Positions 13,243-24,882 of a DNA stretch of 64,000 nt are shown here, piece by piece (position 1 is the stretch's first letter; each line of letters opens with the position of its first letter). The notes under the pieces were generated by a model that made no database searches, had not been told where the DNA came from, and saw only the letters and a list, made by a program, of their open reading frames with translations. Source of the stretch: Penicillus capitatus (taxonomy: Eukaryota > Plantae > Chlorophyta). The stretch spans positions 124,001 through 188,000 of the forward strand of contig OZ287710.1 of NCBI GenBank assembly GCA_965649825.1. The letters run 5' to 3'. The translations under genes and the position numbers were made by a program.

Positions 13243-14894
13243 ATGCGCCGCAATCGAATGTGCGATATGACAGTTGCCTCAGACAGAGGTCGTTGCTTGT
13301 TATGGAGTCCCTGGCTGAAGAAAGGCATAAACGATATGGGACAATGGATTGGGCGTCTGAGGAAGCCCAGGGTGTTGATTCTGACAGGGCCGACATGCAC
13401 CGGCAAGACGGCACTGTCCATTGATTTGGCACAGAGACTGAACGGCGAAGTGATCAGTGCCGATTCGGTTCAAGTCTACAGAAAACTGGACATTGGATCT
13501 GGCAAAGTGGGATGGATATTTCTCTCCCTGTCCGTTGGCAAAGATGGACTGGGCTTGGACAGATACGCCCCGAAGAGATGCAAGGCATTCCTCATCACTT
13601 GTTGAACATCTGCGATCCGACGGAAGAGTTTTCGGCCGGAAGGTTTTATGATGAAGCACGGGAGGCGACACGAGATGTGCTTTCGGTGGGAAGTGCCTCT
13701 AGTAGTAACGATGTTGAATGTCATGTCTTATAGAGAGGCAAAGTGCCGATTGTTGTGGGAGGGACAGGATTTTATCTTAAGTGGTTTGTCCATGGCACTG
13801 CCAAGACGGGTGCTCCAACTGCCGAAATAAAGAAAAGAGTTGAGAACAAGTTCAGAAATGTTTGAGTCTTCGTCTAGCTGCTTCTGAAATGTCACATCAG
13901 AGTTTTCTGCCAGGCATGGGCAGAGGCCGAAAAACAGAAAGGAGAAGAACTGAACGAAGATGAGAAATGGGCGGCGGGAATTGAACTGTTAAGAGCGACT
14001 GGAGACGAAGTGGCAGCCAACAGGCCCATTCTTTCACCATCTGCCGTCCATTAAATGACAATGTCACCTGTTCAGGATATCTCGGGAGCGGAATAACTAT
14101 TACCGTCTCACTCGTGCTCTTGAGATAGCATCGAGTCATGATGGAATGATGGCAGATCTCTCTGTCGATATAGACCGCCCACTCGACTACGACTTCCGTT
14201 GCTTTTTTCTGGACCGTCCTCGTCTGGAACTGTATGAACGTATCGAACAGAGATGCGAAGATATGGTAATCGAACTCTTTCTGCTCTCAACGGCCTACGG
14301 TTTTATCCAGATCCGTGATGGTCTTCTTAAGGAAGCGCAGTATCTGCTTGATCTCGGCCTCTTACCAAATCAAAACTGCGCCGCACGTTCTATCGGGTAC
14401 AAGCAGTCCATGGAATTGTTGCTGGTACGAATCAGCCTCTTTGACAATTGGCCTCACTTATGGATCTGCTCGACGAGAGACTGAAGAGACAGGAAACAGA
14501 GTTAACGGATGAGATACTGCTGGCGTTTCTCCATGATTTCAAATCGGCGACAAGAAAACTCGTCAAACAGCAGATAACGTGGTTCAGAAACGCAAAACTC
14601 TATCACTGGATAGATCTCTCATCTACCTCTATCGATCCTGCCAGCCAGATTCTTAAGAAATGGACGAAACTTGCCCTTCCAGGTCATGAACACAGCATTC
14701 ATCTCTCTCCGAAAGAGTGTGATTCAGGACTCAATACAGAGATGCCTTTTCTGAGCAAGGAAGAAGAGAAGGCACTCAAGCGTTATGTTCCTAGACTCCA
14801 CTACTTCCAAGATATTGCACATCGGCGAGAATGGATCGATCACATGAACCAGTGGTTGGGATTGAGGGAGAACGCTTCTGCTGTCCTGCCTTAG
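13243..14894 (+). CDS. miaA: tRNA dimethylallyltransferase (bacterial MiaA/IPT9-type tRNA-IPT)
   Basis: GPTCTGKT P-loop, [65 protein letters not shown]. Start could be 13243, 13258, 13267 or 13336. Confidence 0.95.
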
Positions 14895-14896
14895 TT

Positions 14897-15522
14897 TTAT
14901 GCCATGAATTTCAGACATCGTGTATCTGTGTGTATCGCATAGCACTTCTGGCAACAAAACCGAGCACCGCATCTCGTACAACGATACCTAACTACCAGAT
15001 CACACTTTCTGCCATGTCTCACACATTCTTACGGTGCCATAGTGCCACAGACAGAGCAAAGCTTCCGTGGAGTCGAATGCCGTGGTGACCGTGCAGCCGC
15101 CGTCAAGTAAGAGGGCACATGAGCTGGGAGTCGATCCAACTGAGCCTGTCATTGAAAAAGTGTCACACAGATCATCCACTGAAGTCACACTTCTTGTAAG
15201 AGTGTTGTAAATGTCTTGACACCATGCCTCTGTTCAATCATGCTTCGCGTCGTTCGCTTTCGTGCAGCTCCCGATTCTTTGCGGCGTTTCTTCGGAGCAG
15301 ATGGCTTTTCGCCTTCATCCATTTCAAATTCCTTGTCACTGCCTTCTCCCTCTTGATCCATATGATCCATTTCTAACTCATCCAGATGTGCCAGAATTGC
15401 CTGACGCGAGATGGAGGATGAGAACAGGGGAAAGGCGGAGACTGTACTTGGTGCTGGAATTCGTCATCTACAACGGCCATCCTGTCCGAGACTTTGCGTA
15501 TCCGTTCGCTCCGTCGACCCAT
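14897..15522 (-). CDS. SWC6: SWR1 complex subunit 6 (Vps71/ZNHIT1, HIT zinc finger)
   Basis: Manual splicing: RKVSDRMAVVD..HLDELEMD..KTFTTLLQE..PSYLTAAA..RKLCSVCG..YRCTRCGARFCCQKCYAIHTDTRCLKFMA*. Confidence 0.9.
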
Positions 15523-15642
15523 CTTTTCTCCTTCGTATGTCAACGCGCACGCCATCATGTCTGGGTTGAAGCGGGTCTGAGAATCTACCGTTGCCGGTAA
15601 CGGACGTCATCGTTCGTTGTGTCTATTCCCGAAAATCGATCG

Positions 15643-16350
15643 ATGGCCAAGATGGAAGACGTCTGGGACGATGCGTCGGAAGAACCCCTTGACAAAGACA
15701 CGCGCGTTCACCTAAGTCACCTCTTCACGGTTTACATCGCCAGCTGCCTTTCACGTTCCGCACACCGCCGTTTCGCAAATCAGGATGGATTTCGAACGGG
15801 TGTCGCTCTGGCACAGGAGGAAAAAGTCCAGACCGGGTTCGACACCGGCATGCTTTTCCAACAACTCCCCCGTAGAGATGAAGCACGACTGTATACAGGA
15901 TACAGTGAAGGAATGAGAGAGGGCATGCGATGGGGAACCTATCAAGGTATTCTGATAATGTACCAGGCGATCGCATCCAAGGGAGAAACACCTGTCGCTT
16001 TTCCGGAGGTGAAAATGAGGCGTCTCTCCGTTATACGTTCCGACAAATGCTGCTTTGTTTAGTTGGATAAAGCTGTTGAGCTTGCAAAGAGTATCAAGCC
16101 TGAAGATGCTTACAACTCTATCTACCATCGATTGGTCGAAGCTAAACAAGCAGATCTCAACGCGTCAAGAGGTCAACATCTCACTCTTTCTCACTCTTTT
16201 CTGTTTTGATTTCGTGCAGAGGTGTCGGTTCTTCCGGAAAGAATAGAGAAGGGTAAGGAGATCCATGAAGAAATGGCACAGCTGCAGAAGATGGTCGAGA
16301 GATGGAAGGAAAAGAGGGGATCGTTGGCCGATCGATCTTCAAATGAGTGA
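15643..16350 (+). CDS. YAE1: YAE1-domain protein
   Basis: MEDVWDDA..DGFRTGVALAQEEKVQTGFDT|GYSEGMREG matches the Yae1_N pattern; spliced frame continues to TGA at 16350. Confidence 0.75.
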
Positions 16351-16366
16351 TATTGATGGCACCGAT

Positions 16367-17443
<1,077 letters not shown>

Positions 17444-17518
17444 GAGAAGCGCAATAGAAGTGAGCAACAATGTCTTAAAATGCGACATTCTCTGTCATTA
17501 CCTGTCATTCTCTTCATC

Positions 17519-19100
17519 ATGCCGAAACAGAAAGCGCAGACGAAGACAAAGGCCCAGAAAGCGGCAGACAAAGCGAAAACGGAACAGAAGAAGAAAGTAT
17601 AGCAAATCCAATTTGAACGTGCAACGAAAAGGATGCGTGAGTGGTGGATAGGTGGTGGAGGATAAGACATTCGGACTGAAAAACAAAAACAAAAGCGCCA
17701 AAGTGCAAAAGTGAGAAGATTTGCATCGACAAGAGAATCGTTGAAGAAGTGTGATGTGATGTGACGCGACGCAAGGTTTATTCAGAATCAGTACAATACG
17801 ATCTCTCAGGTGCAGAACAAGGGCCGCCCAGTCGAAGACAAGAAAGTGCGAGCAGTCCTTGTGGGAGACACGTCCACATGGCACTCGATTTTTACAGGAG
17901 AAGAAGAAACTCGAGGCAGAACGGCAGAAAGAACTGGATGATCTGTTCAAAGTGGCCATCAAACAACCAAAAGTCCCAGTGGGTTGGCAGAAGACCACCG
18001 TCTATTAGCAGAAGGAAATGAGAGGATGTGTACAGGGGTGGATCCAAAGTCTGTGCTCTGTGAGCATTTTCGTCATGGCGCCTGCACAAAGGGTTTCAAG
18101 TGCAAATTCTCACACGACTTAAACATCGAACGGAAAGCTGAGAAGATTGATCTCTATACCGATCGACGAGATGATGACAATATGGAAGACTGGGATCAAG
18201 ATACGCTTGAGAAAGTGGTAGAGGAGAAGCACGGAGCGGAGAACAAAAAGAAGACCAATGCCACCACCATCATCTGCAAATACTTTCTGGAGGCTGTCGA
18301 GAAGAAACAGTATGGATGGTGTGTGCATTGGAAGAGGATTGCTCTATGGAATGATGTGACTGACGGGTTTTAGGTTTTGGAAATGTCCAAATGGAAATGA
18401 ATGCATGTATCGTCATGCATTGCCTCCTGGATATGTACTGAAGTCACAGATGAGTGAACTGTTGGAGGAAGAGGCTCAAAAGCCTGATGTATCGGAGAAG
18501 ATCGAAGCCGAACGGCAGAAAGTGGAGGCGATCACACGTATTACCGAAGAAGTGTGATCTGCAGCACATCGGCAATGCGTTGCTCAATCTGTCGCCATCA
18601 TTCAGGTTTTCAAAGAATGGCATCGGAAACGGGTACAGGCAAAGGAAGAGAAGAAACAAAAAGAGGATGCGGAACGGATCAGGAAGGGTATCCTTAACGG
18701 AAGAGAAATCTTCTTGCAATCAGGTCGACATCTTTCTGTTTGTTCATCCATGGTCGATCCGTCTGTTCTCTATCAGGCTTTGTGGCAACGGACGATGCCA
18801 GTGCCAGCGATGCCTATGCTCGGGAGGTGGATGTCGAGGAAGAGATCAAGCGCATGGAGGAAGAAACAAAGCAGAGGGCAGAGGAGACAAAGCGACATGC
18901 GGAACAAAGTACTTCACGTATATACATCGATTGTTTGTCACACTTGTTTACTCTTTCTAGATCCGACATCCACGACGACACACTTGAATCTGGAAGAAGT
19001 CGGTGAGGAGCTGTTTGCAGATGATGACGATCTGGATCCGGACGAGCTAAAGGAACTGGAAGCTGAATTGGAATCGGGTCTCACTGTCGAAGGGACATGA
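17519..19100 (+). CDS. ZC3H15: CCCH zinc-finger DRG family regulatory protein 1 (Tma46/ZC3H15)
   Basis: VVEDKTFGLKNKNKSAKVQ, DPKSVLCEHF..CTKGFKCKFSHD, IICKYFLEAVEKKQYGW|FWKCPNG..CMYRHALPPGYVLK. Confidence 0.95.
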
Positions 19101-19339
19101 CAGGATATCGTTGACATTTGCGGTTCGAGAACAGCCGCGGCTGTGACACACGGTCTGTAGAGAGTCTGTCTTTCTTTGATAACCCTATACCACGCATACC
19201 TCTCGTGGCTCAGCACCATACGATTGCTTGATGATGGGCGCCACGTGGAAGACTCTATTCATTAGATGGTCGCGTTTGATGATTTCGACGATGAGTTGTC
19301 GCGTGGAGGCGTTGCTGTCATCGATATAACGCTTGTCAG

Positions 19340-19750
19340 ATGTCGGCATCGAGCAGTCAGTTTCCTCATAATCTGACAGACGAGGCAGAAAGCGCTTTTC
19401 GTCCAGAGTCGACGCAGGAAGGTGTCATCACGCGAGAAGTCATCGAGAAGGTCGTCTAATATCTGCTTGTTGAGAAATGAAGCGTGGTCTCTGCAGCGCC
19501 TCTTTCGCAGTGCGCATTTTGTCCAGATCATCGAGGAGAAGCTCTTTCAGGGCAGAGCCAAAGAATGTGTCGCGTAAGACATCCGACTGTTTGTTTTGGA
19601 CCTCATGGTGAGAGTATCAGATATCAGAGGCTCCTGACCGAAGAGTTGCTTTTCTTGGCGCCTCTGGCGGACAGTCAACCAGCGAGCAGTTCTTCTCCGA
19701 ACAAAAATCCGATACCGTCGACAGCTGAGAAACGCAGCAATGCATCCTAG
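19340..19750 (+). CDS. Small SSXT-domain protein (SS18/GIF/AN3-like SWI/SNF subunit), ~105 aa
   Basis: Two introns (46 and 47 nt, GT-AG) give ITREVIEKRLFRSAHFVQIIEEKLFQGRAKECVAYQRLLTEELLFLAPLADSQP, which aligns with the SSXT consensus (ITTEQIQKYLDEN..G...EC..YQ..LQ.NL.YLA.IADSQP). Confidence 0.75.
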
Positions 19751-19927
19751 ATGCCGCCTGATCTAGAAATCTTTAAATGTGGACACTCTTTCCGTGCGCA
19801 TACACTTCAGCAAGAGGACAGAACATTACACAAGGATGTTCACTCTTTAAGGAAACCGCTACAATGTGCTGCTGCCCATTGTGTCTTTGTGTGACGATTC
19901 CCAGCCCTTGTTCATATTTCCCACTCG

Positions 19928-20205
19928 TCAGCGATACTGCGATGACAACACACGTGTCAGAAAGAGGGAGAGAAGAAAGTAGGTGTGCTTTGGTGAAGCC
20001 GATGTCTTTAGCACGTTCTCTGAAGCACTGACGGCAGATGTTAATCGAATACTTGCGAATCAACCCAGCACGGTTTCCGCAGACACGACTAGAGGACGGC
20101 CGCGATGAGATGGCATGGCACATTTAACGAGAAAGGAGATTACCAGCACCGCGTTCCTTTGCCGAAAGCTTTGGAGTGCGAATTCCAAAGATCTTTGTGA
20201 CCCAT
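19928..20205 (-). CDS. RPS29: 40S ribosomal protein S29 (uS14)
   Basis: [20 protein letters not shown]|[34 protein letters not shown]|YR*; last intron 19988-19937 is GC-AG. Confidence 0.96.
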
Positions 20206-20455
20206 TCTGCGAACAAAGGCGGCGCTGTACGTACCAACAAAACATCTGTCAACATCATATAAAGCAGGATGAACGGTGCGGGCACCGCGGATTAGGTTTT
20301 CGTGATGGAAGAAAGCAGGGATACTGAAGAGAATGACTTTACGTTTCCTCAGCTAACCAACGACGCCAAAGTACGGCCGAGTGCTATTTCTTGGCAATGA
20401 GATGTCGATTCTCACACCAGAAGATCGAATTTCCATCCCATACCGTGTAAGACTG

Positions 20456-21048
20456 ATGCTCTCAGGCTCCTTTGACGTCCACGTCCACCGTCCGCGACGC
20501 AACGACAGGGATCGTTCAACCCATCTCCACCGACCAGGTCTCTTTCTCACGTTGTAGTTTCCGCCACACGTGTTGCCTCTAGGCGAGTTCTGGGGAAACT
20601 TTGCCCAGAGCAAAAGTGCGGCCATTTCTGTTCAGACGAAAGAGGATATTGAGGCATACTGTATCATGTAGGTGACTCTGGCTCCAGGTTACAGTCAGGT
20701 TGGATGGATGATGCGATGTCAACGGAATCCCAAACTCGGCATCGGTGATATTCCATTCAACAAAGCGATGTCCAAAGCAGAAGTCGCGAAGCATTGCACT
20801 GTTGACGATGCATGGATCATTGTCCGCAACAAAGTATGGATGGACGCCATCTCCATACCATCGGAGAAAATGTGTGTCACGGGTAGGTGTACAACATGAC
20901 GCCCTATCTGGACTATCATCCCGGCGGCATTCCGATACTGGAACGCAGCCTAGGCAAAGACGCGACATTGCTGTTTAACAAATACCACCAATGGGTCAAT
21001 GTTGATGCACTATTACAAGCTTGTTGGCTTGGCATCGTGCAAGAATAA
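20456..21048 (+). CDS. Cytochrome b5-domain protein (RLF/CYB5R4 N-terminal-like)
   Basis: VTLAPGYSQVGW, EVAKHCTVDDAWIIVRNK|VYNMTPYLDYHPGG..GKDATLLFNKYHQWVN (both heme His). 5' exons less certain. Confidence 0.88.
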
Positions 21049-21113
21049 CTTATGTATATGTCACATCGTCTGTGAGTAGCGTATGTTCGTTCGTTCGTTC
21101 GCTTATTGTAACC

Positions 21114-22902
21114 ATGAATCCGTTTGAAGGGCTCTCTTCTTTGCATCCCAAAGAGGAAGCGCCTGCGGGTCCATCGCAGAAGCAACTTGATTTGCAAGCG
21201 TATCTAGAATCAAACTATGGGTCGACGTCGGGAACGAAGAAGAAAAAGAAAAAGAAGGCAAAAGCGAGAGCAACGTCTTCTCTGCGCATCGTCGATAATG
21301 ACCTCACTGGATTCGCGGCAGTGGAAGAGACGATAAAGGTCAAAGAAGTTGGTAAGTCTCGAGATGGTATTCCCTGGACAATGACGCGAGAACGAGCAGA
21401 TCCTGATGGACCTGTGGTGGTCAATCCGTCTGAGGCAGCCGCTTTTGAACGGTCACAGCAGAAAGTGTGTGTCCACCATCTATGCCGGATCAGACCATTC
21501 AGTCCTTCCTGTTCCGCAGAAGGAAAAAGGAAAACGTGGAGATTGGCATACGGTTGTGTGTCATGATAGATGCGAACCATTCATAGAGTGAATGTGCTAT
21601 GCCTTGCAGGTCGAAGAGAATGAAGAGATGGAGGGTTCAACTGAGAACGTTAGCAAAGAGCAAGAGGCAGCGGATTTGTCACCTCCAAGGCGAACGTTGT
21701 ACGATCTTCCTGTTCGCGATGCAGAGGGCGATGACCGTATGAAAAGAAAGCTGAGTGATGACGGTTACGAGAGTGTTGTTCATACAGTGATGGAAGATCT
21801 ATCCCCTCCTCGAAAACCGACAGGAATGACAGAGGATACAGAAGATGCAGATCTCTCGCCTCCACGCCGTCCGGTTAGCACAGATAGAGACCTGTCACCT
21901 CCCAGAAGATCATCGACCCGAACTCAGCGTACACAAGAGAGGATAGGATAGAGAGTTCTGAGCGTGGCTGTCTGCAGGAAGAGGTGGTCCTGAGAAGAGG
22001 AAGATGATGGACGGAACGTCAACAGGTGTTATCTCGTCGGAACAGATGAAAGCCGAGAACCGCAAGAAGCGTTACCAAGAGAAAGAAAGGTCATCATCTC
22101 GACGCTTATGCACATCTGGCAGATGCGGTAATGATGTGACGTGTCTCAGGTTGTATGGTCTGGATGATCAAGCAACAGGGAAAGGTGCTGAAACAGTGTA
22201 CCGTAATCGAGATGGCCGGCGCGTCACACGTGAAGAACTCGAGAAAGAGCACGCCAAGGTCAACCACACCATAAAGTCCTCTCTGCATGTATGCACGTGT
22301 CGTCTCTTCAGGAGAAGAAGAAAGTGAAGTGGGAGAAGGTTGAGTGGGATTCCGGTCTGGCTCAACAACGAGATGCCAAGAGATACAAAGCAGCTCTCGA
22401 ACGAGAAGTCATGTTTTCACTGTTTTGCACCTTCGCTGACCTCCGAGTGCATCATGATGCAGAAAGCCAAGTCATTAGGCAGAGTGCGAGAGGACGAGGA
22501 TTTGGACGCTATGTACAGAGCACGCCGTCGATGGGGAGATCCCATGGGTCACTTAGACAAGAAGTCCAAAACCACGACGACGCATACCGAGCTGCCGCCT
22601 GTCATCAACGAGACCAATCGCCATTGGTTTGAGAAGTCCGGTAAACTGGCGGCCTTTTGACGACGTAGCGAATCATTCTGGGCTTGTTGCTCTAAGGGTT
22701 TGTGATTCCGCAAGAGATACCGGAGCACAGTTGGATTCGACGCGGCGTGGCTGCTCTTTCCAATCGCTTCAACATTCGCCCAGGTCGTCACTGGGATGGC
22801 GTCGATCGCAGCAATGGATTCGAAAAAGAGTACGCCAAGTATATGAACGAACGTGCTGCACGCGAGAAAGAGGCAGCTCAGTGGTGTATGGAGGACATGT
22901 AG
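21114..22902 (+). CDS. BUD13: RES complex pre-mRNA splicing factor Bud13
   Basis: Repeated [50 protein letters not shown]. Confidence 0.95.
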
Positions 22903-22934
22903 ATACATCTATCCGACGATCTCTTTCCCCTCCT

Positions 22935-24075
22935 CTAAACAGCATGGGCAAAGTGTTCGTTAAGGCTTTGGTATTCTTCAATCCTGCTGTGCAGGATCGA
23001 CTCGACAGGTCCCATCAAACGCTCGAAAGCATCGCGTCCCATACTGAGGACACAGACGTCTGTCTTTGCTGTGCAGTCTGCCTGTCTCTTCTGTTCAGAC
23101 ACGAGGGCGATTTCGCCGAAAAATCCTCCGCGGTCGATCACTTTGACAAGCTTCTTTGTGCCCTGTTGTCTGGCACATGTAATGGACAGGAGAGCGAAAG
23201 AGTGAGATCAAGGCACTTCAAAGGTCTTGTAACATTCGATCACGCCTTTCTCGACAATGTAGAATTTTGCGTCGCTTTTGAGGTCTTCGCCTTCGTGGAT
23301 GATGGATTCTCCGGCAGAAAAGGTCTCTCGTCGCAAGCAGTCGGCAATGACAGTGACGTTTTCGCGACTCAGATCTCGAAAGATCGGCATCTTCTCCAGG
23401 ATGTCCTCACATTTCTTTCTCTTTTCTGCCATAGACGCCACCAATAGCCTCCGAAACGAACATCGATCCATTGCCCACAGAACAGCATCGGATAATGCCT
23501 AGAGCGGGACTCTTGGTGCAGGCATTGGCAGATGGCCCATCGTCAGACAGTGATGGTGGCTGCGCGTGGGCAGTTGTACATCAAAGCCAGTTCACCAAAC
23601 GATCCACAATTCTCATACTGAAACAGAGTGCTGCCACGCTTCGATGCCTGAAAGATGCCTTTCTCGATCACATAGAAGTTGTCGCCATCTTCGCCCTCTC
23701 GGATGATCATTTGACCCTTCTCGATCGGCATTTCCGTCATCGAGAGCAAGACCTCTTTCAACTGGCTTTCGTCCAAGTCTGACGGAAAGAGTGAGATTGG
23801 CCTTAATAGAGGAAAAGAGTGACCTGCAAAGAGGAAGCAGTCTTGAATCGCGTCCATGATGCGCTGGTTGGTTTCATCTGATTTGACAGTGACGTTTTTG
23901 GGGACCGGCTTCTCGGGAATCGCGTCTTCGACTTCAGCGCTCACCTCGACGCAGCTTCCATGCAGCTTCCTTTTTAGAAGTTAACTGATCTTACAGATCC
24001 GCGTCGACCTCGACCATTCTGTCCAGCATCGCCCGCCGCGATGGTATGTGAAACTTTGCTGCATATGTGTCCCAT
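22935..24075 (-). CDS. PKAR: cAMP-dependent protein kinase regulatory subunit (two cNMP-binding domains, no D/D domain)
   Basis: MGHICSK..GRGRRGS|VSAE inhibitor site; CNB-A GSFGELALMYNCPRAAT; CNB-B GGFFGEIALVSEQKRQADC; stop follows CNB-B (no kinase domain). Confidence 0.9.
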
Positions 24076-24152
24076 GCCACTCTTCTATCATCACCATGCA
24101 TGAATTTTCACGCGGCATTCATTAAACGCGTTTCGATTGCGTCGCCCGATCG

Positions 24153-24590
24153 ATGCGTCCTCCTCTCCTCTCGTCTTTGGGCAGATCTGCCGTCCGTGCT
24201 TTTCGGCAACGACGCAACGTCGCATCAGAGTTTCCGACCAGCTTCCCTTCACAACACCGCAAATCCACAGCCGACCGTTTTCGATCGCGCCTTCGGACGC
24301 CCTCTGATCTCAAGTCGCACGTTCTCATGAGCGCCGAAGGTGTTTGACCTCCTGTCCGTTCTAGACTCGGCAGAGATATACAGTGGTACCGATTCGGTAG
24401 TTCGCGTCTGGGACCGACGCCTCTAGCGCTGGATCATCTGCGCCGACTTCTCTTTGTGGAAGGACTCCTCGGACAAGACGGTACGTCATTTTCTAGCTAC
24501 CTTGTCTAAGTACCCTGGGGCCTTTCTCACATGCCCTTCCCCCTCGCGTCTTCCTTTCTCATGTATCGTTTCTCAGATGACGGTATTTGA
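24153..24590 (+). CDS. Hypothetical small protein with mitochondrial-targeting-like N-terminus
   Basis: MRPPLLSSLGRSAVRAFRQRRNVAS... (Arg/Ser-rich, few acidic residues). A 51-nt GT-AG intron joins it to LGRDIQWYRFGSSRLGPTPLALDHLRRLLFVEGLL. Fills a gap in the alternating gene pattern; 3' end uncertain. Confidence 0.4.
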
Positions 24591-24882
24591 CCGAGCCCTC
24601 TTGTTTACGTTCTGTAAGATTCCGTGCTTCTTGACGATATCTGTTCTTACGTTTTCTAGATGAGGGTACATGATCTGAGCCAGTGAGACCCTTTCTCACA
24701 CATCTGCTCCACTGCTCTGTATGTAATTGTGGTTTCTGTGCAGAGGATGATGATGCTTAATGAAGCGTTGATCTGTGTTGTGTAGATGTTGACGATGACG
24801 ATACGTAATCTCTGGCCACACAGATGTAACGCGTGTGCACACACAGACGGCATTAGAGTGTCTGTCCTTGTCCGTCGAGCAA

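Noticed and set aside
19150-19745. Minus-strand frame broken only by TGA codons (selenoprotein/readthrough; CPPEAPRK resembling a SIAMESE motif)
   Set aside because: The + strand spliced SSXT gene explains the region; no SECIS or homology support.
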